A stretch of DNA of 64,000 nucleotides from NCBI GenBank assembly GCA_030295235.1, contig AP026123.1:992001-1056000 (forward strand). Direction: 5' to 3'. Below the pieces are notes generated by a model, which was not told the DNA's origin, did not search any database, and saw nothing but the letters and a program-made list of their open reading frames with translations. Position 1 is the first letter of the stretch, and every line of letters begins with the position of its first letter. The DNA comes from Fistulifera solaris. Its lineage: Eukaryota. The translations under genes and the position numbers were made by a program. Positions 24,489 through 36,114 of this stretch are shown here, piece after piece.

Positions 24489-26045
24489 ATGTGGGTCAAA
24501 GTTGGCTGGGTCGCGGCTCTTTTGGCCGCGATTGGAATTCAGAAGGCTTTAGCAGGAAATCCAATTCACTCGGCATTGACGTCGTTTGTTCTCGTGTTCA
24601 TTATTTCCTATGTGTATCTTTATCGGCCCACTTACGTTTGGGAGAATGGGATCCGCCAATGCATGAGATGAAGTCGATGAGCATGTCGGATCATCCAGAA
24701 AAGTACCGATTTGGAAGGTGGCGATGGGGACGAGGAAAAGAACAATCTGTTATCTTCCGATGAAGGTTCTCATGTCAATTCTAGGCAAGATACACCCGAA
24801 ATTATTCGAACAATAGATTCAGAGGCTAAAACACCCACAAAGGCAACAAAATCGTTTCAACCTCGCGTGGAAAGGATACACTTTCTGACGAACATCAAGA
24901 TCTTCTTAACCTTCATCGTAGTTGCTTTCCATGTCGCTGGAGCATTTGGCGCTTGCGGCAAAAACTTCCCATTGGTAATCGGCTACTACAAGCACCATAA
25001 AAACACATTCCAAACGATCCTGAGTGGATTGGCTATTCTCAGCCAATCCTATTTCATGTCACTTTTCTTCTTTATTTCCGGATATCTAACGCCATCCAAC
25101 TACGAGCGTAAAGGCGGAGAACAGTTTGTCAAGGATCGTGCGAGACGTTTGCTGATACCGGCATTAGCGGTTACCTTTTTCTTGGTGCCTTTGATAACTA
25201 TGGTCGCGCAATGGAGTGCTTCTTTCCCTCTGATGTATTTTCCCTTCCCCGAACACACATGGTTTATCTACTGGTTACTTCTTTTCGAATGGGCGTATAT
25301 TACCATCAGAAAAGATCGATTACGGTCAAATCAGCCTTCGCTAAAGCTCGCGTTCCCGAATACCGCAACAAGATGTGGTTTGGGATTCCTTCTTTGTGGG
25401 ATTCCAACTTATATTTTGACGAGAAAGGCTTCCATTCTATTATTCTGGGGTATGCCGACAATTTTACCAGGAAGTCTATTTTGTGACATTCTCTTGTTCT
25501 TTGCTGGAACTGTTGCAAATGAATCAGGTTGGATTTCATCCAAAGTTAAGATTGCGGATCAAATCGACCTCCCTCTGGAGAAGTTTCGCCGTGTAGTTCT
25601 CACTGAGGGCCTGGCTATCTTCCTTCTCCATGTTTCCCATTCAAAAAGCACTGCTTCAAATATACTCTGTTACTTGGTTGCGGGCATGTATTGCATCGAC
25701 ATGTCCATCTGCATACTGCAGCTCTTTCAAGAGTATGCGAACAAACCACTCCCGGCGTTTCTATCGGATGCGACCTTTACCGTATACTTGATCCATACTT
25801 TTGTGATCACAGTATGCACTAGCATCTTTGTCAAAATCTACAATGCGCTGTACGACGATCCAATATCGTTCAGCCCTGAAAATGGAAAGATCTTCCCAGT
25901 CTCTCAAAGTCATCTGAGCGGGCCGATGGATGGTATTGTTCACTACTTCCTCGGCTTCCTCGTTGTCTTCATTGTGTCAAATGCTATTGTCTGGCCTGCT
26001 GCATGTTTTGTGCGAAAGTTACCCGTATTAAATCAGTATCTCTAG
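24489..26045 (+). CDS. Acyltransferase-3 (OpgC/MdoC-like) polytopic membrane protein
   Basis: 'RIHFLTNIKIFLTFIVVAFH', 'YFMSLFFFISGY', 'DRARRLLIP', 'HTWFIYWLLLF', 'FTVYLIH'. The 5' ORF at 24489 is joined by an inferred indel. Confidence 0.8.
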
Positions 26046-26167
26046 CGGCCTGGCATTTACATGGTTAAAAATTGTGTTACTTAGTAGCGAATGTTAAACT
26101 GTTTTGTACAAAATTAAGATAACTTCGGCCGTAAGCATTTGCTTCGATTCAAATTTGTAAGCTCGAG

Positions 26168-29118
26168 CTAATCTGTTTTGCGCCAACCAGTGGCTTCGCT
26201 GACAATATACTGATATTTGCGTTGGTGTTCGCGAATAACTAGAGGCATCTGCTCTTCATAAACTTTTTTCGAACCCATTGTACTCCATCACAGTCCGTAG
26301 AACATTCTTGGAGTAAATGGGCTCTTTCGTAACTGGGTCATTGAAACCACCCAACCACTTAGAACGTGGAGTGAACTCAGTGAGCCAACTAAATGGTGTT
26401 ACCATGACAACCACGCCATCCTTCTTCACAATAGAAGGCAACTCTTCGAGACATGCCATCGGATCTGGCAAGCGACATAGTAAGTTTGACATAATAACGC
26501 CGTCGTACAACTCTTTGCTCAGAAGGCCATTCTCCGCCATATCGCGCAACTTGCAAGCGTCCCCAGTGAAAAAATTAACTCTTTTACGTGTTTGTTCCGT
26601 GGTCCCCGCTTCGTGAACCGCTCTAACCTCTTCGTATAATTCTGCTTCGACAGGTACGCGAAACCGAATTTCCTCGTTTGCCTGCATGCGCTTAGCCGCA
26701 TTCACAAATGACTGGCTGAAATCGAATGCATCAACTTTGTCGAAAGTTTTAGCCAGCTCAAACGACGCACCGCCGACAGCACATCCAACATCCAGCGCTC
26801 GTTTCGGACGCGCTTTCTCCGGGAGTAATGAGACTAGCGCTCGTGCAACTCGTTGTGGAAAGCCAACGCCATGCATGGGAGAGTTGTCGTGTGGGAAGAT
26901 GGGTGAAAGATTCTCTTCTTTGCCGGAGGAAGGGTAGTGCAATCCCAAGTACATGTGAAGACTGTCGTTTGTTTCATAGACGTTTTCATTGTTTTCGCGA
27001 AGCGTATGGGTGTCTTCGACAGCTGTAGCATCACGAGCAGCAGCCTGGCCTTCAAAATTGCCAGCGTACAGATGCTTTGCGGGGGCTTCGTAATTTGAGG
27101 CTACTAGGCGAAAGCCAGAGTGTTGAAGGAAATGGGGACGGAAGTGGAAGCGAGCAAAAACGGATGCCTCATCGCCAGTACTCATGAAAGATCCACCCAC
27201 AATCATGGAATGTTTGCCATCAAAACATGGCGTAGAAAAGTCATCGTACACATGATGCACTTCAAACCCCTTCAACGGATTAAAATGGTCTTCCGTCCAC
27301 TCCCAGGCATTCCCAGTGGTATCACGATGCCCGGTTTGAGAAGGAGGGAAATGATCAACCGGATTTTGAGAAGAGTACGCTAAATTGAGATTGGCACCCG
27401 ATTCTCCGCGAGAGAAGTCATGTCCCGTGGTCACCATGACCTTATCGGCTGTAAAATCTTTTCGCGCTGCCGCCAAATTACTGTCCGAGTTGCGAATCAA
27501 ATGATGCTCAGCTTCCGTAAGCAAACGATATGGTTTGGATGTGGGTGAACCTTCCTTCTTTGTTTTCCAGCGACAAAAGGCCTTGGATTCATAATAGTTC
27601 ACGTCCACTGGCCAATCCCACCGCATGGGAATTATTTCAAAAATCGTGCGCAAACTGTATTCATGCGAGCCAGCGGGACCCGCGGGCTCCCAGAAGAAAA
27701 GGCCACTTCATATTCCGATGAGTACGCCACGCCCACCCATCATCGCACCAATATTCGGCGTTCCGGTATCCTCCATCCGCGACAAATTCCCAATATTCCC
27801 CGTTCGTCACCATGTATTCGCTGGCCATGAAAGGAGGAACATCCACCTTGCGTTCGCCATATTCATTATCCCACCCGAACGAAGGAAAATGGGCGGGCTT
27901 GCCCAGATCGACTGTCAAATCCTGGTCGTCGACCGCGATCATAGGATTCGGAGGATAGTCTAAACCTCGAACCGGTTTGGATGTCGGAGGCGGACGACGT
28001 GTGGATTTCCCCGTCGCCGACGGATGCAGAGGCGGCCAATGGTCCGGACGCTGCACGAGATAATACGGTGTTTCACGAAAGAGGACGGAACTGGTCTCCA
28101 TGTGGATGCGCTCGTGTTCGAATCCCATGAACAGGGCCCACATGGGATGCGCTTTGTCCACGTGAACGGGTCCCTGCGAGTCATCCAAACTGGGATGCGT
28201 TTCAATAGCTTCCATGACGGTTTGGTAAACTTGTTTGCGATACGCGTGAACTTCCGAAACCATGGGCCAAAGCATATCATTCTTGTGCATATCATCCCAC
28301 AGCATTTCGTCGACGCCCACTTCGAAGATGGATTCAAAATAAGGATTGACTGGCTTCGACAATACACCAGCAACGCGAAGCTTGTTGATGTAAAGACAGG
28401 CAGTGTGACCGTAGTAGAAGATTTGGGGATGGCGAAGACCATGCGGCGGCGGGCTAGAATATTGCTGGATGTGAGGATGCGTCGTGTTGCTTTGAAGTAG
28501 TCGACGAGAGCGAGAACTTACCGATAAAAGCCTTCTTCACCCTTGAGCCCCGCAAAGAGGGTCTCGTAGAGCGTCCACGAGTTGTTAAAGTAATCCTTGG
28601 CACTTTGACGAGTCACAGCCGAAAGGGTCGGAAGAGGAAGGGAACGAATGATTCCGTGCTCATCGACGCCTGTAATTCAATGATATTAAGAACACAAACT
28701 CGAACGCCCGAATGAATCAAACAGTGCATGTACGTCACTTACCGGGACATTCGTTCGGAGCAAGACCGGTGAACCACTCCTCCGCCTTGCGGGGACCCGT
28801 CAACCAGGCATTATCATTACCCCGATGCAAATTGATCTTCCAGAGATCATCCGCCAACGTCGCTGACGTCGAAACACGCAACGCCGCAGCCGAAGCGAGA
28901 CCCTTGCTGCGATAATCGAGATCATCTTCACTATCGTACAAGGTAGTCTGCGTCGACTGCCAGCGCACCGTCGAAGAAGCCAATAGGGAGTGACGACGAC
29001 CCCCCAAATCGGTACGGAGGAGCTTCTTCTTCGGCAAAGAGAAACGAGAAGCAGGGCCAATCTTGCGGAGCGTCGTCCACACGGTTCCCATACGGGCGGC
29101 TTGAGGAGAGAGCATCAT
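26168..29118 (-). CDS. ovoA: OvoA, 5-histidylcysteine sulfoxide synthase / N-methyltransferase of ovothiol biosynthesis; introns 28670-28742 and 28454-28521; frameshifted
   Basis: 'LRHPQIFYYGHTA', 'GVDEMLWDD', Fe-binding 'HERIHMETSSVL', FGE-like 'GWDNEYG...YDDFSTPCFDGKH...RFHFRPHFLQHSGFR', SAM-methyltransferase 'ALDVGCAVGG'. Confidence 0.95.
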
Positions 29119-29690
29119 GATGAAGAGAGAGAATAGGTATCTGTGGAATAGAAAAGAAACAAAAGATTCGTTTGGATGGTAACGGAAGAAAATAGTATTT
29201 GTGTGAACTTGTGCACGATGCGTGATGGCGGGTGACTCATTCGCTCCAACCAAAATCTCCGCCGATCTTATGGCGTGAGCTCTACGTGGCGTCTTTGTAT
29301 AAATCTGTACGTGTACTATGTAGACCATAGTTAAATTCGCATTCGAGGATGTTCTTGACGACAACAAAAATTGCTCGAGCCAAATAAGGCAAGAATGATG
29401 AGAATGTGCCCGAGCAAAGATCATTTCTTTCGATGATGATCATTGCAGCTCTAGCTGTCAATGAGGAAGGCAAAGGAACAATGGCGTCGTTCGTGGATTA
29501 TACTGTCGGCGATGCGCTACTTTTTGACCCAAAGACAAGCGAGCGTCCCATGTGAAAGAGGATCCTCTATCTTTTGCAGCAGGCTCACTTACTTCAGAGC
29601 ATTTTCCTCCACAAACAAATGACACCACGAGGCAACAATATGTCGACTAATGTGACGGAATTTTCCTTTTCTACTAGCGTCCTTATATAA

Positions 29691-30835
29691 CTATTTCTCA
29701 TATGCAAATATCTCTCTTCGGAGAAGCCAACGACAGTCCACCTCGCCGGGAGCAACTTTCTGCTTGGCATCCGCGTTGTGGACGAAAGCGTCACGTTGCA
29801 ACCGTGAGCGTTGACAAAGTTGGCCAACCCGCTGTTCTTCAATTTCTGACAGAACGATTTCTCGAAGGCACTGTGCAAGAAGGCCAACTTTTCGGGGCGA
29901 AACAGCGACCGTAAGCGAATCGTCGTCGTTGGGGCACAAGCGGCAATCCGGCTGAGTGACAGGAGTGACACGAGCGACCAACAATTTGGCTTCACTGACC
30001 ACCAAAGCATCGTCATCGTTTGGGGCACAAGCGGCAATCGGGCTGCTCCAAATGAGCCGGCAAGTCAATGTCCGCCACCGTGCTAAACGCGCCGAGGCTG
30101 TATCCGACCGAAGAAAATGCCTGCGTTGTAAGCCAGCGATGATACTTTCGTCGGCGACTGTCATGTCCTTTTCCGAAAAGTCATGAAGGGCTCCGGCAAG
30201 ATGACCTGGGCCTCGGTGTTCTTGCTCGGCTTGCCCTGAATGGGCAAGCTGACGTCGACTGACCGGCCACATCGAGGAGCGAGAACGAGCACGCGTGGGG
30301 CGTGAGCAAAGTTGGCGGAACCCGATTCACGCAAGAGACTGCAGAACTCGCTCTCAAAGGTGCTGTGGATTGCCTTGAGATCCTGGGTGTTTTTGAACGC
30401 TGCCACGACATCGTCATCGTTCGGACACAAGCGGCAGTCGGGTTGCATCCATCCGACTTGGACGAAACCAAGAACCATCTGTCCGTTGCGTTTGGTATCC
30501 TTGACGGCCATCGCATCATCATCGTTGGGGCAGAGACGGCAGTCCGGCTGAGAGAGACCGACAAGTTCGAACGGCAGCCGCCGACTCGGCTTTGAAGCTA
30601 TCCATGGTGTATCCGGCGGAACCATAAGTTTTGTTGTAAGCTGACTTGACAGCCTTGCCGATGATGGCGATATCATCGGCCGTGGCTTCGTGCTTCATGC
30701 CGTGGACAACAACGCGAACGTCGGCGTTGTCGGCGTTCTTGGTGCCGAGAAGCTGGTTCAGCGGCAGCACGAAAGTTGAAATCAGCAGAGGCTGCCAAGG
30801 AGAAAGGCGGTCAAGGCGAGGGGACTGAGCTTCAT
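29691..30835 (-). CDS. Secreted two-module protein with four QPDCRLCPNDDD motifs (heavily frameshifted; possibly a pseudogene)
   Basis: ATG 30835 'MKLSPLALTA' signal-like start. Motif copies near 30540, 30430, 30030 and 29940. Two copies of H--FE--FC--L--SG-ANF---H-C. Confidence 0.7.
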
Positions 30836-31824
30836 CGTTGGTGGAAGAGGTTTGGATAGTTGCTTGAGTGGAAGGAGGCAAATACTGGTTGCACGTTCGA
30901 ATACAAATTTAAATTATGAGCTCGAGACGAGAAGAAATGGAAGCGCTTTGGGCTTTTTTTGACCTTGTTGTTGATAACCTATGTGTGGGTTTGAAAATGG
31001 TCCCGTATGACGACAAGTACTTTTTTCGACAAAGCAAATTAAACAAACGTAGAAGATCCGAACGTATTTGATTGGGCAACAATCTCGCGGAATTCGATTT
31101 GCGATATCACTTCTAGTTTGTCAAGCTAGCTCGTTTACGACTAAGAAAAGCGAGGAGCTTTTACTTTACAGGTTTGTTGTTGATAGGTTGATAGGTGTCT
31201 CATTAATAACACCCGGTATGGCCTAGGCCTATGTGCGTGCCTTAGTTGATGGCGACAGCATTATGATACAATTTTTCAATAATACTTCATTTTTTTTTCC
31301 TTCACACTTTCCCAATAAGCGACTGACGTCGACATCAATTATGTCTATGTCTTGTGTGAACCTGTACGACACGTTCATGAGCTTCAAAAAGGAAAAAAGG
31401 ATCTGATCGGTACCCATTTCGTAGCTGAACATCTATTGGTGAAACGTAAAATGCGAAAAGCATCTAAGCGAAGAAAGAACGCAAGCAGAAAGGAAATCTT
31501 TTCCTTGTAACTTGATTGGTTGAATAGCTGTTTGTTAGTTTGCCAAACGCACAGCAATAGCCATAGAGAACATCATGTGTTTCTGAAAATCGACTACAGT
31601 ATTACGTAGTACAGTACTTGACACGGTCTTCCCGCGTCCCGCCCGTAACCAAAATCTCCACCCATGCGCTTTGGCAGAGGGCAGCGGCATCAAACACCAT
31701 GAGAACAAGAAGTTCGCAGCTCGGGAGAAAGAAATGATTGTATTGTCGTAATCATTCGAATACAAGTTAAGGCTAATTTCAATTCACGTGCGAGATTAGT
31801 TTTCAAGGGAATTGACTAGGCACC

Positions 31825-32379
31825 ATGATTCGCAATGATAAGCAGAAACGTGACACCATCAATCGCGCCGTACAGCAATATCTTTCGCTTTTGACATCGT
31901 TGAAGCGAAGGCGTCTTAACCAGGTTGCGCTCGCTGTTATATTTAAAAAAGTGGACGCGCCATGGATGAAACCCAGTATGATATACCAAGAGTTATCGAG
32001 GCGTCGTCGCAGACTAAAATCAGAGAGGGATTCTTCGAACGCTGAATCAGACTCCACTTTATACAATATCCCTTCTGATATTCCTTTGTTCGTCTCCGTT
32101 GGCCTCGATGATAGCTCACGTATATCGGGTGTATCTGAGATAAAAAATTTACAAACAAATCAGCAGCTTTTATTGAAGGATCCTGTGTCTCCAGAGACAA
32201 TAGGTGAAGAATACTCGAAAGGTTTTCTGTCAAACGAAGAAACTCGCGGTGTTCCACCGTTCGATGACATATCGGAACTTTCTATGGAGCTCCCAAAACA
32301 TCAGGATGTGCTTGAATCGGGCGTTGTATTGAATAGCTTGTCTCAAACCTTGGTGGCCGTAGGGCCAACGCAACCGTAG
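31825..32379 (+). CDS. Hypothetical protein
   Basis: 184-aa ORF with no family motif I can confirm. Confidence 0.3.
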   Translation: MIRNDKQKRDTINRAVQQYLSLLTSLKRRRLNQVALAVIFKKVDAPWMKPSMIYQELSRRRRRLKSERDSSNAESDSTLYNIPSDIPLFVSVGLDDSSRISGVSEIKNLQTNQQLLLKDPVSPETIGEEYSKGFLSNEETRGVPPFDDISELSMELPKHQDVLESGVVLNSLSQTLVAVGPTQP

Positions 32380-32725
32380 GCCTACTACTTTACGAGACAT
32401 CAGATTGTCTATATTCCGCAAGATTTTTGAACAATCCTATGACTGCAAACGTTTGGCGACAAGTTCTACGAAATATTTTTGTGGTACAGGTTGTCGGAAA
32501 ATGCACTTTCCCCTAAGAAGATAATGAAATTACAATGCAAAAGCAGCTAATAGACCTAGTGAATAGGCCCTAGGAACTTAGTTGACTAACCACCCGCAAG
32601 AAGGTTGCGTAATTTCTTCCCGGCCGCCTGTCGCATCACATTCCCTTTTTCTATAAACGTGAGAAGACAACATACCCAGCTTTTCTATTGCTGGAATTCA
32701 CCTTGCACCAACATTATCTGGGAAA

Positions 32726-33180
32726 TACCTGGTACGTGAAAACACCACACCCACGTTTTTTGTGCACATGAAAAAGCACTTGCCCATATTTTCCACTCCC
32801 ACGTTTTTTGGCTACTTGAAAAACCCCACACCCACAATTTCTGGATACGTGAAAACACCGCTCTACCACATTTTCTGGACGCGTGGAAAAACCCCACCCC
32901 CACAGTTTCTGGACATCACTCGCCCACATTTTCTGGACACGTGAAAAACCCCACTCCCACATTTTCTGGATACTTGGAAACATCACACCCCCACATTTTC
33001 TGGAGACGTGAAAATCCGCACCCCCACATTTTCTGGATAGGTGGAAACATCACTCGCCCACATTTTCTGGACACGTGAAAAACCCCACCCCACATTTTCT
33101 GGACACGTGGAAAACCCCACGCACATGAAAAACCGCACTCCCCCAAAATTTCTGTGCACGTGAAAACATCACATGCCCAA
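32726..33180. repeat. Minisatellite of ~33-bp units (about 12-13 copies), consensus CCCACATTTTCTGGACACGTGAAAAACCCCACT
   Basis: TTTCTGGA recurs at roughly 33-bp spacing between about 32838 and 33100, with degenerate units on both flanks. Confidence 0.92.
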
Positions 33181-33302
33181 AACGAAAACGTGAACGAAAC
33201 CTTGAAGTATTATTATTCCTCAACAGAGTCAATAAACATGATCAACAGCACCTGCAGTATAAGTGCAACGACCAATCAATTTGGAACGATTCCACAAGAG
33301 TA

Positions 33303-35258
33303 ATGCGAGTGAAAAAGTTAGGGAAAATGGTGTGGAGCGTAGATGTTCGCCGTTTCTGGCAATACATCGCGTGCTTCCTTCTCATTCATTTCCAGTGTCT
33401 TTCAGCCTTTTCCCCATACTACCGCCAATCCTGTCAAAGCCACAATTCCCAACGAAAAGATGGCTTCAAAATAAAGCATGCGTTTTCGTTTCATATTTCT
33501 GCTACATCAGATAGTAATTCGTCGCAAGAAAAGCGGCGGCAGAGTTTGGTCGTAGGCAACGATCCCCTTCTCTCTTTAAACATGAATCTAGATGCACTGG
33601 CTCGCGCTCAAGCCGCAGAACGAGCACAAGAACTTTACCAACGAATTGCTGCCTTACACCGTGAAGGATATTACGCAGTCTCTCCGGATGTTGTTTCTTT
33701 TAACTCCGTCATCAAGGCGTGGCAATCAGACCCCTCCCGCGCTCTGGAATTTTGGGAGCAAGAAGTGGACCAGCTTGCACCGAAAGATAAGCCAAATACG
33801 CGCAGCTTCAACACATTCTTACTATCACTTGCTAATGCGGGACTGTACAAATCAGCGGAAGAACTCTTAGAGCAGATGAAAAATTCTGAATCAGTGGTGG
33901 TTCCCGATCGTATCACATACAACACCGTTTTGTTGAGCTATCTATTGAGTGCGGAAGGCTCGATTGCAGCGGACCGCGCAGAAATGTTATTGAAAGAAAT
34001 GCTCTCCGGAGAAAATGATCTTTCTTTGGCGAGCATTCATTATTGCCGTCCCGACATCATTTCATTTAACACGGTCATCGCTACGTGGGCGAATCATCCC
34101 AATCCGGAGGTTGCCGTTGCAAAAGTTGAGGAGTGGTTACAATTTGTCAAGAGCTACTCTGGTGTGAAGCCTGATATATATACCTATACCACGGTGTTGC
34201 ACGCCTGGGCACGCTACGGTCGTACGAGGCGTGAGAAACCCCGTACAAAGACAGAGAATAGAACGACGTATGACGACTCCTCAGCGGAAAGGATTCGTGA
34301 GATTTTCCAGGAAATTGATAACGCTGGATTGGTTCCAAATCGGGTTACATATACAGTTGCGATGCAAGAACTTGCTCTGAATGCGAATGGAGGACCCGAA
34401 ACAGCGAGAGAACTCTTACGAGAAATGCTGGCAAAATGTGATGCTCACCCCGAGGCTCGCCCGGACGTTGTTACGTTCTCTGTATTGATTGATGCGTACT
34501 CGGATTTAGCAAGTGAATTTCCCGAAGAGTCAATACAATCTTGCACCACAATTTTTTCTGAAATGAAGCAATTGGCGAAAAAGTGGCCCGACGTAGCACC
34601 AAATGAGCGTACGTATACGAGTATGATCTCTGTCTTAGCGCAGTCTCGTACAAGGGAAGCGGGGCCCTTGGCAGAAAAACTGTTACAGGATATGTGGAAC
34701 ACGCCAGAATTGACGCCATCTTCATATCATTATAATGCTTGTATCAACGTGTATGCCAAGTCTTCTCGGGTGGACAAAGCGATACGTGCTGAACGCATTT
34801 GGCAAGATATGAAAGCAAAGGGGATAGCGGAAGGCACAATTACATACAATACTCTTTTAGCTGTGACGTCTGGAGTCTTCGGCTCGTCGAACGTAAAAAA
34901 GTCAGGGCTGAAACTAGGCATCAAAGTCTTCCAAAGTCTTCAAGAAAACCCCGAATGCATTCCAAATACCTTATCCTATTTTTATTGGTTCAAAACGATA
35001 CGACGGCTAATGGAGCACAATCATCCTCTTCGCGATTCTGTCGTCAGACAAGCATTCGATTTATGCTGTCAGCAAGGCTGTCTTAATGACACTTTGTTGC
35101 AGTATCTAATCACTCATTTCGATTCTATGTGTGAACTTTTAGAACCTTTTATCCAAGTTGAAGGCAAGCAGGGACAAAAAGACCCCTTTACAATTGAATG
35201 TCTTCCGAGAGAGTGGTCGAAAAATGCCTGGGAAAGTCGAAGTCAGGTCGAATGGTAA
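33303..35258 (+). CDS. Pentatricopeptide-repeat protein, plastid-targeted
   Basis: Repeats 'PDVVSFNSVIKAW', 'PDRITYNTVL', 'PDIYTYTTVLHAW', 'PDVVTFSVLIDAY'. Signal peptide ending 'LSA-FSP'. Confidence 0.92.
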   Translation: MRVKKLGKMVWSVDVRRFWQYIACFLLIHFQCLSAFSPYYRQSCQSHNSQRKDGFKIKHAFSFHISATSDSNSSQEKRRQSLVVGNDPLLSLNMNLDALARAQAAERAQELYQRIAALHREGYYAVSPDVVSFNSVIKAWQSDPSRALEFWEQEVDQLAPKDKPNTRSFNTFLLSLANAGLYKSAEELLEQMKNSESVVVPDRITYNTVLLSYLLSAEGSIAADRAEMLLKEMLSGENDLSLASIHYCRPDIISFNTVIATWANHPNPEVAVAKVEEWLQFVKSYSGVKPDIYTYTTVLHAWARYGRTRREKPRTKTENRTTYDDSSAERIREIFQEIDNAGLVPNRVTYTVAMQELALNANGGPETARELLREMLAKCDAHPEARPDVVTFSVLIDAYSDLASEFPEESIQSCTTIFSEMKQLAKKWPDVAPNERTYTSMISVLAQSRTREAGPLAEKLLQDMWNTPELTPSSYHYNACINVYAKSSRVDKAIRAERIWQDMKAKGIAEGTITYNTLLAVTSGVFGSSNVKKSGLKLGIKVFQSLQENPECIPNTLSYFYWFKTIRRLMEHNHPLRDSVVRQAFDLCCQQGCLNDTLLQYLITHFDSMCELLEPFIQVEGKQGQKDPFTIECLPREWSKNAWESRSQVEW

Positions 35259-36114
35259 TGCTGGCGCTCTCCAAAACCGTTGTGATTGAACACTCGCGAC
35301 GTTAAGCTTCTGGGAGCCAATGCTTTTGAATGATCCGAAAGACGGCAGAGACGGTCCAGGGATTGTGTCTCGTATCAAATGAGCAAAGTCGGCTAACAGC
35401 ATCTTCACATTCACAATATGAGAAAGTTGAAAGTGTATCTTGTCTTTTGTGGGCTACATGCGCGCTTGCTGCGAGTAGCGACGTTCTTGTCCTACCTGGA
35501 TCTTATTCACTGAAATGCCATCTGGAATGGAACGAATCGTCGGCTCATGTTTCCCTTAGTAGCGGCCCTTTTGCAAAAGCTTTGGATACAGATGTCATTA
35601 TGTTAGAACCTAATGAGGATTTTCAATGAAACGAACACTTCTTTCGCAGTGACAACGGTCGTGACGGTCTCATCATTACTCCGGGACTTCCTATAATTCG
35701 CACCCTTCCGCTTTCCCGTGGATCATGGCCCCGAGTTTCGAAGACACATCCCCCATCACCCTCTTAGTTGTACTTCGTATAGAGAGAGAGATCGGAACCA
35801 TTAGAGCTCCGTATTCCGCGATGATTTACCAAGCGCCGCCATTGCATGCGTTGAGTTTGATTATTGCTTTGGGACGAAACGGCTCATTTTTTGGCTGAAT
35901 GTACTAAATCTGTTCAGAAACGGTATTAGATTTGTACATCCTGTATACAATAAAAATGTCGTTCGGTGCTCAAATGCGAACATTTGAATTTCGTTTTTCG
36001 CCCCCTCACATAATTTGTTTCGAATGAATAATGGCGAAACGTTTCAATTCGCCACAATTACGAAACATCAAAGCAAATTAACTTAATCTTCATGGAAATC
36101 ACTATATCAGTACA

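Noticed and set aside
31825..31970. SPX-domain-like ending ('RLNQVALAVIFKKVD')
   Set aside because: Resemblance is too short, and no N-terminal SPX motif is visible upstream.
32726..33180. CRISPR array, or coding ORFs at 32685-33232
   Set aside because: Units are degenerate and abut without unique spacers; there are no cas genes and the context is eukaryotic. The ORFs are translations of the repeat.
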